NCBI RefSeq assembly: GCF_026965535.1
Contig: NZ_CP114039.1
Span: forward strand, 7,971,461-8,035,460
Source of the DNA: Corallococcus sp. NCRR
Lineage (GTDB): Bacteria; Myxococcota; Myxococcia; Myxococcales; Myxococcaceae
Reading direction: 5' to 3'
DNA: 64,000 nt
In this document: in pieces, positions 1 through 9,178 of the stretch
Numbering within the stretch: the stretch's first letter is position 1
Layout of the letters: every line of letters begins with the position of its first letter
Translations under genes and position numbers: made by a program
The notes under the pieces: generated by a model
What the model saw: only the letters and a program-made list of their open reading frames with translations
Databases searched by the model: none
Told to the model about the DNA's origin: nothing

Positions 1-474
1 GCAGCCGCTGCACCAGGGCGTCTCGCCCGTCGACGGATGGTACGGCTTGGGGTGCTCGTCCGGGAACAGCCGGGCCTCCACCAGCCCCGTGTCCGCACGC
101 TGATCCGCCTCACGCGTGAGCTCCCGCACGCAGTCCGGATGCAGCAGCCCGTCCGGGTTCACACAGACGTAGTACCGCGCCCCGCCCGAGTCGAAGGCCT
201 CCGCCATCAGCCGGTTGTGCGCGGCCCCGAAGCCCAGGTTCCTCCCGGCGTGCCGGTAGTCCGCGTCCGGGTCCAACCGCATCACCCGCGCGCGCAGCGA
301 GTCGTCCGGCGAGTTGTCCAGCCACACGACCCGGAAGGCGGGCGCGCCCGGGGCCTCGCGGTTCCACCGGAGCGACTCCCACAGCCGCTCCAGCTCCCGC
401 TCCGGGTTCCGGTAAAGCACGATGCCCAGCCAGATGCCCGGCCTCCCCCCACTCGCCGAAGCAGGGCCGCTCAC
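1..474 (-). CDS. Family-2 glycosyltransferase, C-terminally truncated by the window edge (O-antigen/polysaccharide biosynthesis, WbgA-like)
   Basis: Hand translation of the minus strand gives GIWLGIVLYRNPERELERLWESLRWNREAPGAPAFRVVWLDNSPDDSL...NLGFGAAHNRLMAEA...YYVCVNPDGLLHPDCV. This is a GT2 fold with a DxD-like LDNSPDD motif. A GTG start at 472-474 overlaps the wzt stop (GTGA). The ORF runs off the window at position 1. It is not in the supplied ORF track because it has no stop in the window. Confidence 0.7.
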   Translation of the reverse strand, partial: MSGPASASGGRPGIWLGIVLYRNPERELERLWESLRWNREAPGAPAFRVVWLDNSPDDSLRARVMRLDPDADYRHAGRNLGFGAAHNRLMAEAFDSGGARYYVCVNPDGLLHPDCVRELTREADQRADTGLVEARLFPDEHPKPYHPSTGETPWCSGC

Positions 475-1781
475 GATCCGACGTCTCGCACCGGCGCCAC
501 GCGAGCCGCGGCGCCCTCCACGATCCACCGGTGCGGAGGCCGCGTCACGCCGCCGTCCTTCACGTTGGAGCGCACCTCGAAGGCGCACGCCGCCTCGTGC
601 TTCTCCCGCACCTGCCCCGCCCGGTCGCGCACCACCACCGTGAACGTGTAGCGCCCCGCGACAAGCCCCAGCCGGTCCACCACGAAGCGCACGGTCCCGC
701 TGCCGGACGCCGCCGCGCAGAAGGGAACCTCTTCCGCGAACGTGTCCGTGGCGTGCACCAGCACCCCGTCCACCCGGCACAGCTCCAGCCCCAGGCCCAG
801 CTCCGGCGCGGGCGTGCGCGCGGTGTACGCGACGCTCAGCTCCAGGCCGTCCTCGGTGTCCACGAACTCCACCGCCCCACCATCCCGGCCCTTCAGCGTC
901 ACCGCGTCCACGGTGAGCGGGGAAGGCTCCGCCTGGGGCGCCGCCAGCGACGGCAGCGCGCCGCCGTCCGACGCCAGCGCGGGCGACTCCATGGACATGC
1001 CGCGCTCCTCCGCCAGCTCCACCGCGCGGCGGTAGCTGCGGATGACGTCCGCGGGAGGACCGAACTCGCGGATGCGCCCGGCGTCGATCCACGCGCCCAG
1101 GTCGCACCAGCGCTCCAGCGTCCCCAGGTCGTGGGTGACGATGACGATGGTCTTCCCGGCCCGCTTGAACTCCGTCATCTTCGCCAGGCTCTTCTTGCCG
1201 AAGTGCTCGTCACCGACGGCGAGGATCTCATCGATGATGAGGATGTCCGGATCCACGTGCGTGGCCACGGAGAACGCCAGGCGCATGTACATGCCGCTGG
1301 AGTAGGTGCGCACCGGCTCGTCGATGAAGTCGCCCAGCTCGCTGAAGGCGATGATCTCCTCCATCCGCGCCTTCACCTCCGCGCGCGACATCCCCAGGAT
1401 GATGCCGTTGATGAGGATGTTCTCCCGGCCGGAGAAGTCCGGGTGGAAGCCCGCGCCCAGGTCCAACAGCGCGCTGATGCGCCCGTTGATGTCGATGGTG
1501 CCCGTGGTGGGCGTGTAGATGCCGGAGATGAGCTTGAGCAGCGTGCTCTTCCCAGAGCCGTTGCGCCCGATGATGCCCACCGTCTTGCCGCGGGGCACCA
1601 CCAGGTCGATGCCCCGGAGCGCTTCGATCATGGACTTGCCGTCCGTGTCGCGCTGGCCACGCAGCAGGCGGATGAGCTCCGACTTGATGGTGGTGTACTC
1701 GCGCCGGATGGTGCTCTTCCGGAAGCTCTTCACCACGTTGCGGAGCACGATGGCGTCCGGAGACGCGAGGGCGCTGGTCAT
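471..1781 (-). CDS. wzt: Wzt, the ATP-binding protein of the O-antigen/polysaccharide ABC transporter, with a C-terminal carbohydrate-binding domain
   Basis: Walker A GRNGSGKST, ABC signature LSGGQ-like SSGMYMRLAF and Walker B ILIIDE. The ~190-aa C-terminal extension (…FTVVVRDRAGQVREKHEAACAFEVR) is typical of Wzt_C. The true start is the internal ATG at 1781 (MTSALASPDAIV…); the upstream part of the 622-aa ORF is GC-frame read-through. The start overlaps the wzm stop as ATGA. Confidence 0.85.
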   Translation of the reverse strand: MTSALASPDAIVLRNVVKSFRKSTIRREYTTIKSELIRLLRGQRDTDGKSMIEALRGIDLVVPRGKTVGIIGRNGSGKSTLLKLISGIYTPTTGTIDINGRISALLDLGAGFHPDFSGRENILINGIILGMSRAEVKARMEEIIAFSELGDFIDEPVRTYSSGMYMRLAFSVATHVDPDILIIDEILAVGDEHFGKKSLAKMTEFKRAGKTIVIVTHDLGTLERWCDLGAWIDAGRIREFGPPADVIRSYRRAVELAEERGMSMESPALASDGGALPSLAAPQAEPSPLTVDAVTLKGRDGGAVEFVDTEDGLELSVAYTARTPAPELGLGLELCRVDGVLVHATDTFAEEVPFCAAASGSGTVRFVVDRLGLVAGRYTFTVVVRDRAGQVREKHEAACAFEVRSNVKDGGVTRPPHRWIVEGAAARVAPVRDVGS

Positions 1782-2578
1782 ATGAACTCCGCGAAGTCCT
1801 CGCGGCGGCGCTCGAAGATGCCCGCGGCGATCCACAGCAGCGCCAGGGAGATGCCCATCCACATCAGGAGCGGGCCGGGCTGCGGCAGCTGGTGGTCGTA
1901 GAAGATGGCCTGGTAGGACGTCACCATGACCGCCATGGGGTTGAGCAGCACGAGCGGCGACTGGGCCGCGTCCGGCAGCGAGTCCACCCGGTAGAACACC
2001 GGCGTGACGAAGAACCACATCGTCAGCAGGTTGGCGATGATCTGCTGCAGGTCCCGGAACGTCACGTTGAGCGCGGACACGATGTAGACCAGCGCCACCG
2101 TCATGCACAGCTGGGTGAGCAGCACCACCGGGAAGGCCACCACGTGCCAGGTGGGCACATAGCCCAGGAGCAACCCCAGCCCCACCATCAGCGGCAGGGA
2201 CAGCACGTAGTTGCACAGGTTCGTCACCACCACCGTGGCCGGCAGCACCTGGGCCGGGAAGCGCACCTTGGTGAGCAGGTCGCGCCGGTCGCTGATGGCG
2301 CTGGCCCCGCCGCCCAGGGACGTGGCGAACCAGATCCACGGCAAGAGCCCCACGAAGACGAAGAACGTGTACGCGGGGATCTTCTGCCGCATGTAGACGG
2401 TGAAGAGCAGCGAGTAGACGCCCATCTGGAGCAGCGGATTGAGGAACGTCCAGAAGAAGCCGAGCACCGAGTTCCGGTACCGCGCCTTCAGCTCGCGCTG
2501 GGTCAGGCTGAGCAGGAGGCCCCGGTACTGGTAGAGCTCACGGAGGTTGCGAAGCATGCGGCGCCATCCATACCTCAT
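1778..2578 (-). CDS. wzm: Wzm, the ABC-2 family permease of the O-antigen/polysaccharide ABC transporter
   Basis: ABC-2 membrane-protein signature LSLTQRELKARYRNSVLGFFWTFLNPLLQMGVYSLLF with six predicted TM helices. The start was chosen at ATG 2578 (MRYGWRRML…), with a GGAGG-like RBS upstream. Confidence 0.8.
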   Translation of the reverse strand: MRYGWRRMLRNLRELYQYRGLLLSLTQRELKARYRNSVLGFFWTFLNPLLQMGVYSLLFTVYMRQKIPAYTFFVFVGLLPWIWFATSLGGGASAISDRRDLLTKVRFPAQVLPATVVVTNLCNYVLSLPLMVGLGLLLGYVPTWHVVAFPVVLLTQLCMTVALVYIVSALNVTFRDLQQIIANLLTMWFFVTPVFYRVDSLPDAAQSPLVLLNPMAVMVTSYQAIFYDHQLPQPGPLLMWMGISLALLWIAAGIFERRREDFAEFI

Positions 2579-2715
2579 GCCCCCGGAAGGTGTCAGGCAC
2601 GGGACTCCTGCCATCCACGCGAAAGCCCGTCTGGTCGCCTGGCCTCGCGCGCCCCCTTCCGAGGGGCCATGTCGCAAAAGAAAAAGGCCCCCTGGTTTCC
2701 CAGAGGGCCTTTGAT

Positions 2716-2790
2716 TGGAGCGGGAAAAGGGATTTGAACCCTCGACCCTCGCCTTGGCAAGGCGATGCTCTACCGCTGAGCTATTCCCGC
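2716..2790 (-). tRNA. tRNA-Gly (anticodon GCC), copy 1
   Basis: The reverse complement reads GCGGGAATAGCTCAGCGGTAGAGCATCGCCTTGCCAAGGCGAGGGTCGAGGGTTCAAATCCCTTTTCCCGCTCCA. This gives a cloverleaf with the anticodon loop UUGCCAA (GCC), a T-loop GGTTCAAATCC and an encoded CCA. Confidence 0.9.
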
Positions 2791-2820
2791 ATCAGGTACT
2801 GCGGTGCTGCGTGCTTCGTT

Positions 2821-2895
2821 TGGAGCGGGAAAAGGGATTTGAACCCTCGACCCTCGCCTTGGCAAGGCGATGCTCTACCGCTGAGCTATTCCCGC
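2821..2895 (-). tRNA. tRNA-Gly (anticodon GCC), copy 2, identical to copy 1
   Basis: A second identical 75-nt tRNA-Gly(GCC) copy lies 30 nt downstream of copy 1 (2791-2820). The flank ATCAGGTAC is also duplicated. Confidence 0.9.
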
Positions 2896-2980
2896 ATCAG
2901 GTACCGCGTTGTTGCTTGCCACCCGCCGGTCGGTGCCGCGCCGGAGGTGGGGTGCGATATACAGAGGCCTCCCGGACACG

Positions 2981-3670
2981 TCAAACACTTTTCGCATCCG
3001 GATCCGTGCTGCCCCGGCGGGCGAGCATGTTGAGGAACGCGCGGAAGTAGACGACCGCGCTCCACACGGAGAACGCACCGGACAGGTACACCAGCACCTT
3101 GCCCACCTGATTGTAGTCCACGGTGACGGTGCGGAAGCCCACGTCCAGCGGGTGCACGTAGTGGACGCACAGGGAGATGATCCCCACCAGTTGGAGGGAC
3201 GTCTTCCACTTCCCCTCCTGCCCCGCGGCGATGACCATGCCCTCGCTGGCGGCGATGGTGCGCAGGCCGGTGACGATGAACTCGCGGGCGAGCAGCACGA
3301 TGACGACCCAGGCGGCGATGCGGCCCAGGCGCACCATCATCACCAGGGCGGCCATGGCGATGAGCTTGTCCGCCAGCGGATCCATGAACTTGCCCACCAC
3401 GGTGATGAGGTTCCAGCGGCGGGCCAGGTAGCCGTCGATCACGTCGGTGATGGCGGCCACCGCGAACACCAGGGCGGCCAGCAGCGAGTGCAGCGGATCC
3501 GCGTCGTACGTGAGCCAGACGAACACGGGGATGAGGAGGATGCGCCCCAGCGTCAGCATGTTGGGCAGGTTCCAGAACTCCTGCACCAGGATGCTGGGAC
3601 GGCGGGACGCGCGGCGGCGGGCCCGCTCCTCGCGCTTGCGCTGCTTCCTGAGGGCTCGCTCGGTGGCCAT
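2981..3670 (-). CDS. pgsA: CDP-diacylglycerol--glycerol-3-phosphate 3-phosphatidyltransferase (CDP-alcohol phosphatidyltransferase family)
   Basis: CDP-alcohol phosphatidyltransferase motif DVIDGYLARRWNLITVVGKFMDPLADK (D-G-x2-A-R…G-x3-D-x3-D) and a multi-TM profile. The basic N-terminal extension (RKQRKREERARRR) may or may not be translated. Confidence 0.8.
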   Translation of the reverse strand: MATERALRKQRKREERARRRASRRPSILVQEFWNLPNMLTLGRILLIPVFVWLTYDADPLHSLLAALVFAVAAITDVIDGYLARRWNLITVVGKFMDPLADKLIAMAALVMMVRLGRIAAWVVIVLLAREFIVTGLRTIAASEGMVIAAGQEGKWKTSLQLVGIISLCVHYVHPLDVGFRTVTVDYNQVGKVLVYLSGAFSVWSAVVYFRAFLNMLARRGSTDPDAKSV

Positions 3671-3681
3671 GGGCGCGCGTT

Positions 3682-5478
3682 CTACCGGACCCCGAGTGCG
3701 ATGAGGGCAAATCCTTCACCGCCCAGCTCCACCGCCGCCTTCAGTGTCTCCCCGCCAGCGGATGTCACGAGCGGCACCACGCGGGGCGTGAGGTTGCCCA
3801 CCCAGCCCACCAGGTGCGTGAGGGGCACCGTCGCCGGCTGGTCCATGGCCACCGGCACCGAGCGCAGCGGGCCCGTCAGGCTGAGCAGCACCCGCCCCTG
3901 CCCGCGCAGGTGCACCAGGTCCAGGTCCTGGGCCAGGTCCGACGGCACGCGGCCGTTCTCGAAGACGACGGGCTCCTCGAAGGCGAAGACGCACGCGTCG
4001 CGCAGGTAGACGGACTCGTCATCCAGGGAGATGGCCACCCACTGCCGCCCGGACACGGGCTCCAGGTGCAGCGTCCCCTGCCCCCGGGCGCGCACCATGG
4101 CCTGGTCGCCCTCGCCAAAGGGCTTGTCCGTGGCCCGGCCCCGGAAGCGCTTCATCTCCGGCTCGAAGGTGACCTGGCCGCGCACGGCGACCAGCCCCTC
4201 CAGGCGCGTGAGCAGCTCGCCCTCCACCGCGAGCGCCATGAGGGACGCGCTCTGGGTGAAGGACTGGCCCGGCGCCGCGCCCGGCAGTGCCACCGAGGGC
4301 ACCCACGCGGTGAGCACGGGAGGGTTCACGCCCGCTGCGGCGTCCGGCGAGGAAGACGGCTCGGCGGCGCGGGTCAGCGGAATCGGCTCGGCGGGCCGGG
4401 GCGTCGCAGGCGGCTCGGCGGGCCGGGGCACCGGAAGCGACTCGGCGGGCCGGGTCGTGGAGGGCGGCTCGCTCGTGGCCAGCGCGGCGAAGGTGTCCGC
4501 GAAGGCGTCACCGGGCTCCGACTCCAGGTCGGACGCGAGGACGGGCGGCTCCTCGGAGACCTCGATCTCCTCCGACACCGGCGTGGGCGGCAGCTCGTCG
4601 GCGACCTCGACGTCGGCCCCGGAGGTGTCCGCGTCCGTGGTGGCGGCGAGCTCCGCGTCCTCCTCGTAGGTGCTCGCACCGGCGGCGAGGCTGGGGTCCT
4701 CGTCCTCCTGGACCTGCGCCCCGGCGGGCGAGGAGTCCGCAGGGGCGGGCGGGCCTTCGTCCTCCGCGAAGAGCAGGTCGTCGTCCGGCGCCTTCGCGGC
4801 GGCCTGGGGCGGCGGCGTGGCGGCGGCGCGAGGACTCCGGGGCGCCTCATCCAGACCGAACTGGGCGCCCCAGTCACTCTCTCCGGAGGAGGACACGGGC
4901 GCGGGCGGCGCGGCGGGGAGCTCCTCCTCGCGCGGACGGGCCGGCGCGGGGGGCGCGGGCGGACGGCTGTAGACCTCCCCCGCGATGGCGCGCGACATCT
5001 TCTCCGCCATGGCGTCGCTGCCGGACAAGAGGAAGTGCTCGCGCGCGCGGCCGTACTCGCCCATCTGGGCGAAGGTCAGGCCCAGGTAGTTGTGGGCCTT
5101 CTTGTGGTCCGGGGCCAGGTCGGTGGCCGTCTCGAACTCGCGCGCCGCGCGCTGGAGCGCGTTCGTCTTCAGGTAGACGAGCCCCAGGTTCACCCGCAAC
5201 GTGGGGTCCACCGGGTTGTCCCGCACGAGCATCTCGTACAGGTCCGCGGCGCGGTCGAAGAGGCCCAGCTTGAAATACGTCAGGCCCAGGAGGTTCTGGG
5301 CCTTCTCGTGGCGCGGCTGGAGCTGGTGCGCACGCTCCAGGAAGTCCTTCGCTTCGGTGACCTTGCCGGCGCCCAGCAGCTCGCTTCCGCGCTGCAGCTG
5401 CTGCAGGAACTCCTCGTCAGCGGGGCCCGGCGGCTTCGTCCCCTTCGTGCGCGTCGTCATTCTCGGGTGTCGGCTCAC
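3682..5478 (-). CDS. TPR-repeat protein with a Pro/Glu-rich linker and a C-terminal AIM24/DUF124-like beta domain
   Basis: The N-terminus has ~4 TPR units (…AQNLLGLTYFKLGLFDRAADLYEMLV…AHNYLGLTFAQMGEYGRARE…). The middle ~200 aa are low-complexity P/A/E-rich. The C-terminal ~200 aa (…VAVRGQVTFEPEMKRF…GQGRVLLSLTGPL…) resemble the AIM24/TIGR00266 fold. Confidence 0.6.
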   Translation of the reverse strand: MSRHPRMTTRTKGTKPPGPADEEFLQQLQRGSELLGAGKVTEAKDFLERAHQLQPRHEKAQNLLGLTYFKLGLFDRAADLYEMLVRDNPVDPTLRVNLGLVYLKTNALQRAAREFETATDLAPDHKKAHNYLGLTFAQMGEYGRAREHFLLSGSDAMAEKMSRAIAGEVYSRPPAPPAPARPREEELPAAPPAPVSSSGESDWGAQFGLDEAPRSPRAAATPPPQAAAKAPDDDLLFAEDEGPPAPADSSPAGAQVQEDEDPSLAAGASTYEEDAELAATTDADTSGADVEVADELPPTPVSEEIEVSEEPPVLASDLESEPGDAFADTFAALATSEPPSTTRPAESLPVPRPAEPPATPRPAEPIPLTRAAEPSSSPDAAAGVNPPVLTAWVPSVALPGAAPGQSFTQSASLMALAVEGELLTRLEGLVAVRGQVTFEPEMKRFRGRATDKPFGEGDQAMVRARGQGTLHLEPVSGRQWVAISLDDESVYLRDACVFAFEEPVVFENGRVPSDLAQDLDLVHLRGQGRVLLSLTGPLRSVPVAMDQPATVPLTHLVGWVGNLTPRVVPLVTSAGGETLKAAVELGGEGFALIALGVR

Positions 5479-6106
5479 GGCTGCTGGCCTCGGCCTGGGC
5501 GAGCCGCTCGCGCTCCTTGTAGTGTTGGTAGAGCTGGAGGACCTTGCGCACGTATTCCTGCGTCTCGGCGTACGGCGGCACCTGGCCTCCGTACTTCTTC
5601 ACCGCGTCAGGCCCGGCGTTGTACGCGGCGACCATCTTCACCATGTCGCCGTCGAACATATTGGCCAGCACGCGCAGGTAGCGGACGCCGCCCTCGATGT
5701 TGTCCTTCGAGTCGAAGATGTCCTTCACGTACATGTCCGACGCGGTGCCCGGCATGAGCTGCATCAGCCCGCTGGCGCCCTTGTGGCTGAGCGCGTTCGG
5801 GTTGAAGTTGCTCTCCGTGTGCATGATGGCGCGCACCAACGCGGGCGGGATGCGGTAGCGCAGCGCCGCGTTGGTGATGTGCGGATCCAGCTCCGTGGGC
5901 GTGCGCGAGCGGCCCCGCACGGGAGCGGACTTGGCCGGCGCGGGCGTGAAGGTCCCGGACAGCTTGCGGGCCTTGCGCGCGCCTCCCGGAGGCACGTTCG
6001 TGTAGACGATGGTGCCGTCCTTCTCCACGTAGCTGTAGATGCCGTCCGCGGCGGCGGCCGGGAGGACGGCGGTCAGCAGGACGACGAGGGCGGTCAGGAC
6101 ACGCAT
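5417..6106 (-). CDS. Lytic transglycosylase (SLT domain), secreted
   Basis: SLT catalytic motif AIMHTESNFNPNALSHKGASGLMQLMP. A signal peptide is present in MRVLTALVVLLTAVLPAAAA, with the start at ATG 6106. The 3' end overlaps the TPR gene start by ~44-60 nt. Confidence 0.75.
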   Translation of the reverse strand: MRVLTALVVLLTAVLPAAAADGIYSYVEKDGTIVYTNVPPGGARKARKLSGTFTPAPAKSAPVRGRSRTPTELDPHITNAALRYRIPPALVRAIMHTESNFNPNALSHKGASGLMQLMPGTASDMYVKDIFDSKDNIEGGVRYLRVLANMFDGDMVKMVAAYNAGPDAVKKYGGQVPPYAETQEYVRKVLQLYQHYKERERLAQAEASSREPTPENDDAHEGDEAAGPR

Positions 6107-6194
6107 GGCGGCGGGCGAAACCTTAGACAACGCCCGGAAAGTCCTCAAGAAAACGCCTTGTTTCCAGCACTTACCGCCATTAAGCCTGTTGGCC

Positions 6195-7781
6195 ATGCCC
6201 CATCGGTTTGATTTCCTGGTCATGGGCGGCGGCGTGGCCGGACTGTCGTTCGCCCTGCAGGCGGCCCGGCACGGCACGGTCGCCGTGCTCACCAAGCGCG
6301 AGCGCGGCGAAGGCAACACCGCCTACGCGCAAGGGGGCATCGCCGGTGTGCTGTCCCCCACGGACAGCTTCGACGCGCACATCGACGACACGCTCGTCGC
6401 GGGCGCGGGCCTGTGCCACCGCGACGCGGTGGAGGTGACGGTGCGGGAAGGGCCCGCGCGCCTCAAGGAGCTGGTGGCGCTGGGCGCGGCCTTTGATCAG
6501 CGCGGCGGCGAGTTCGACCTCACGCGCGAAGGGGGCCACTCCGCCCGCCGGATCATCCACGCGGGAGACGTCACCGGCCGCGAGGTGCAGCGCGCGCTGC
6601 TGGCCGCGTGCGACGAGCAGCCCAACATCACCTTCTTCCAGAACACGGCCGCCATCGACCTCATCCTGGACCGGCGTCCACACGCCCCGGCCGGCAGCCG
6701 GTGCCTGGGCGTGTACGCGCTGATGGAGGACGGCTCCATCGAGCGGTTCCTGTCCAAGGTGACGGTGCTGGCCACGGGCGGCGCGGGCAAGGTGTACCTC
6801 TACACGTCCAACCCGGACGTCGCGACGGGTGACGGCGTGGCCATGGCGTACCGCGCGGGCGCGCGCGTGGCGAACATGGAGTTCTACCAGTTCCACCCCA
6901 CGTGCCTCTTCCACCCGGAGGCCAAGAGCTTCCTCATCAGCGAGGCGCTGCGCGGCGAGGGCGGCAAGCTGCGGCTCAAGGGCGGCCAGACGTTCATGGA
7001 CCGCTACCACCCCATGAAGGACCTGGCCCCGCGCGACGTGGTGGCGCGCGCCATCGACGCGGAGCTCAAGCGCACGGGCAACGACTGCGTCTACCTGGAC
7101 ATGACGCACCTGGGCCGCGCGTACCTCACCGAGCGCTTCCCCAACATCTACGCCACCTGCAAGGCCTTCAACATCGACATGGCCGTGCAGCCCATCCCCG
7201 TGGTGCCCGCGGCCCACTACCAGTGCGGCGGCGTGGTGACGGACCTGCACGGGCGCACCAACATCCCGGGCCTCTACGCCATCGGCGAGGTGTCCTGCAC
7301 GGGCCTGCACGGCGCGAACCGGCTCGCGTCCAACTCGCTCCTGGAGGGCCTGGTCTTCGGCCACCGCGCGGTGCAGGTGGCCTCCGAGGAGCTGGCGTCG
7401 CTGACGCTGCCGAAGGAGGACCCGCCCGCCTGGGACTCCGGCAGCGCGGTGGACTCCGACGAGAGCGTGGTCGTCACCCACAACTGGGATGAGATCCGCC
7501 GGCTGATGTGGAACTACGTGGGCATCGTCCGCACGGACAAGCGGCTGATGCGCGCACGGCGCCGGCTGGAGCTCCTGCGCGAGGAGATCCGCGACTACTA
7601 CTGGCGCTTCAAGGTCACCCGCGACGTCATCGAGCTGCGCAACATCGCGGAGGTGGCGCACCTCATCGTGGACTGCGCGAGCCGCCGCAAGGAGAGCCGG
7701 GGGCTGCACTACACCCTGGACTACCCGCACACGGACGAGCACCAGGGCACGCGCGACACCGTCCTCTCCCGGGAGCTGTGA
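6195..7781 (+). CDS. nadB: L-aspartate oxidase
   Basis: FAD-binding N-terminus FDFLVMGGGVAGLSFAL with …AQGGIAGVL…; full-length similarity to the NadB/fumarate-reductase flavoprotein family (…RPYHPMKDLAPRDVVARAI…HYQCGGV…). The start is ATG 6195. Confidence 0.85.
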   Translation: MPHRFDFLVMGGGVAGLSFALQAARHGTVAVLTKRERGEGNTAYAQGGIAGVLSPTDSFDAHIDDTLVAGAGLCHRDAVEVTVREGPARLKELVALGAAFDQRGGEFDLTREGGHSARRIIHAGDVTGREVQRALLAACDEQPNITFFQNTAAIDLILDRRPHAPAGSRCLGVYALMEDGSIERFLSKVTVLATGGAGKVYLYTSNPDVATGDGVAMAYRAGARVANMEFYQFHPTCLFHPEAKSFLISEALRGEGGKLRLKGGQTFMDRYHPMKDLAPRDVVARAIDAELKRTGNDCVYLDMTHLGRAYLTERFPNIYATCKAFNIDMAVQPIPVVPAAHYQCGGVVTDLHGRTNIPGLYAIGEVSCTGLHGANRLASNSLLEGLVFGHRAVQVASEELASLTLPKEDPPAWDSGSAVDSDESVVVTHNWDEIRRLMWNYVGIVRTDKRLMRARRRLELLREEIRDYYWRFKVTRDVIELRNIAEVAHLIVDCASRRKESRGLHYTLDYPHTDEHQGTRDTVLSREL

Positions 7782-7787
7782 GCACCC

Positions 7788-8552
7788 ATGTCCCGTCCGC
7801 GCCGCATGCTGGATGACCTCCCCGGCCCCTCCGGGCTGGGAGACACGCAGGACCCCACGCCTCGAGGACAGGGCGGGGATGGACCGCCCCCGGGCCCGCC
7901 CCAGACCCAGCGCGCGCTGCCCACGCCCTACGTCTGCTTCGCCATCATCGCGGGCGCGGTGGGGATGTTCGCCCTCAGCAGGTCCCTGGGCCGGCCGCTC
8001 GTCATCGACGGGACGAACTACGGCATTGTGGGGCCGCTGGCGCTCTACGGGCCGTGGGTCCAGGCGGGCGAGTACTGGCGCCTGCTGGGCATGGTGTTCG
8101 AGCACGGCGGGCCCATGCACCTGCTCTTCAACATGCTCGCCGTGTATTCGCTGGGCGCGTCGCTGGAGCGCGGCATCGGGAGCCTGAGGTTCCTGGGGCT
8201 GTCGCTCGTCACCGCGCTGGGCGGCTCCGCGTTCGCGCTCTTCTTCAACTTCGACACCGTGACGGTGGGCGCGTCCGGGATGATCCTCGGCTGGGGCGGC
8301 GCGATGCTGCCCATCCTCACCCAGCAGGGCCGCCGGGAGCACATGTTCTGGCTCGTGCAGGTGGCGGTCATCAGCCTGCTGCCCGGGGTGAGCTGGGCGG
8401 GGCACCTGGGCGGCTTCCTCTTCGGCCTGCCCTGCGGCATGGCCCTGCGCCTGGGCCCGAAGGTCTACGCGCGCGCCATCCCCGTCCTGCTGTTCATCGC
8501 CGCGGCGCTGGCCGTGGTCGCCGCCCATCCCGGGCGCCTTGGAGGCCTCTGA
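7788..8552 (+). CDS. Rhomboid-family intramembrane serine protease
   Basis: Catalytic GxSG (GASGMILGW) and a downstream His in AGHLGGFLFGL. The HxxxN-like FEHGGPMHLLFNMLAVYSLG is present, with ~6 TM segments. Confidence 0.75.
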   Translation: MSRPRRMLDDLPGPSGLGDTQDPTPRGQGGDGPPPGPPQTQRALPTPYVCFAIIAGAVGMFALSRSLGRPLVIDGTNYGIVGPLALYGPWVQAGEYWRLLGMVFEHGGPMHLLFNMLAVYSLGASLERGIGSLRFLGLSLVTALGGSAFALFFNFDTVTVGASGMILGWGGAMLPILTQQGRREHMFWLVQVAVISLLPGVSWAGHLGGFLFGLPCGMALRLGPKVYARAIPVLLFIAAALAVVAAHPGRLGGL

Positions 8553-8554
8553 CG

Positions 8555-9157
8555 ATGGCTGAATCCCCCGTGCGCAGCGTCTGCGTCTTCTGTGGCTCGC
8601 GCTCCGGCGCGCGCGCCGAGTACCGCGAGGCCGCCACCAGGATGGGCGCCGCGCTGGCGAAGCGGGGCCTGACGCTCGTCTACGGCGGCGCCAGCGTGGG
8701 GCTGATGGGCGCGGTGGCGGACGCGGTCATCGCCAACGGCGGCAAGGCCGTGGGCGTGCTGCCCCACTTCATGGACGCGAAGGAGCTGGCCCACCCGCGG
8801 CTGACGGAGCTGCACCGGGTGGACTCCATGCACTCGCGCAAGGCGCTGATGGCCGAGCGCTCGGACGCCTTCGTCGCCCTGCCCGGCGGCTTCGGCACGC
8901 TGGATGAGCTCTTCGAGATCGTCACCTGGGCGCAGCTGGGCCTGCACAGGAAGCCCATGGGCCTGTTGGACGTGGACGGCTTCTTCCAGCCGCTGCTCGC
9001 GATGGCGAAGCAGATGGTGGACGCGGGCTTCGTCCCGGAGACGCAGGGCACGCCCTTCGCGGTGAATGCCTCGGCGGACGCGCTCCTGGACCGCCTGCTC
9101 GCGGGGCCCACGATGCCGCTCACGTCGAAGTGGCTGAAGGACGGCCAGCAGACCTGA
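8555..9157 (+). CDS. LOG-family protein (cytokinin riboside 5'-monophosphate phosphoribohydrolase / TIGR00730)
   Basis: LOG motifs VFCGSRSG, GGGxxGLMGAV and PGGFGTLDELFE. The start is ATG 8555 (MAESPV…), 3 nt after the rhomboid stop. Confidence 0.8.
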   Translation: MAESPVRSVCVFCGSRSGARAEYREAATRMGAALAKRGLTLVYGGASVGLMGAVADAVIANGGKAVGVLPHFMDAKELAHPRLTELHRVDSMHSRKALMAERSDAFVALPGGFGTLDELFEIVTWAQLGLHRKPMGLLDVDGFFQPLLAMAKQMVDAGFVPETQGTPFAVNASADALLDRLLAGPTMPLTSKWLKDGQQT

Positions 9158-9178
9158 GGACCGTCCTTCGCCGCGGTC

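Noticed and set aside
531-1901. 456-aa plus-strand ORF antisense to wzt
   Set aside because: Arg/Gly/His-rich and low complexity, with no motifs. It lies opposite a well-supported ABC ATPase gene, a typical GC-rich antisense frame artefact. The same reasoning applies to 3814-5757(+), 6180-8528(-), 10678-12234(+), 11303-12925(+), 14334-15497(+), 16061-18688(+), 20670-21794(+), 24950-26512(+), 26623-28341(+), 29281-31095(+), 32399-34114(+), 37553-38512(+), 38509-40686(+), 43446-45389(+), 49207-51189(+), 52814-54319(-), 55467-57353(-) and 60537-62723(-).
2590-3050. Two overlapping plus-strand ORFs containing a duplicated SGKRDLNPRPSPWQGDALPLSYSRIRY peptide
   Set aside because: The peptide repeat is simply the translation of the two identical tRNA-Gly genes on the opposite strand; it is not protein-coding.
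4374-4877. Pro/Arg/Thr-rich 167-aa minus-strand ORF inside the TPR/AIM24-like gene region
   Set aside because: It is an alternative frame of the low-complexity Pro/Ala/Glu linker of the 3682-5478 gene; no independent evidence.
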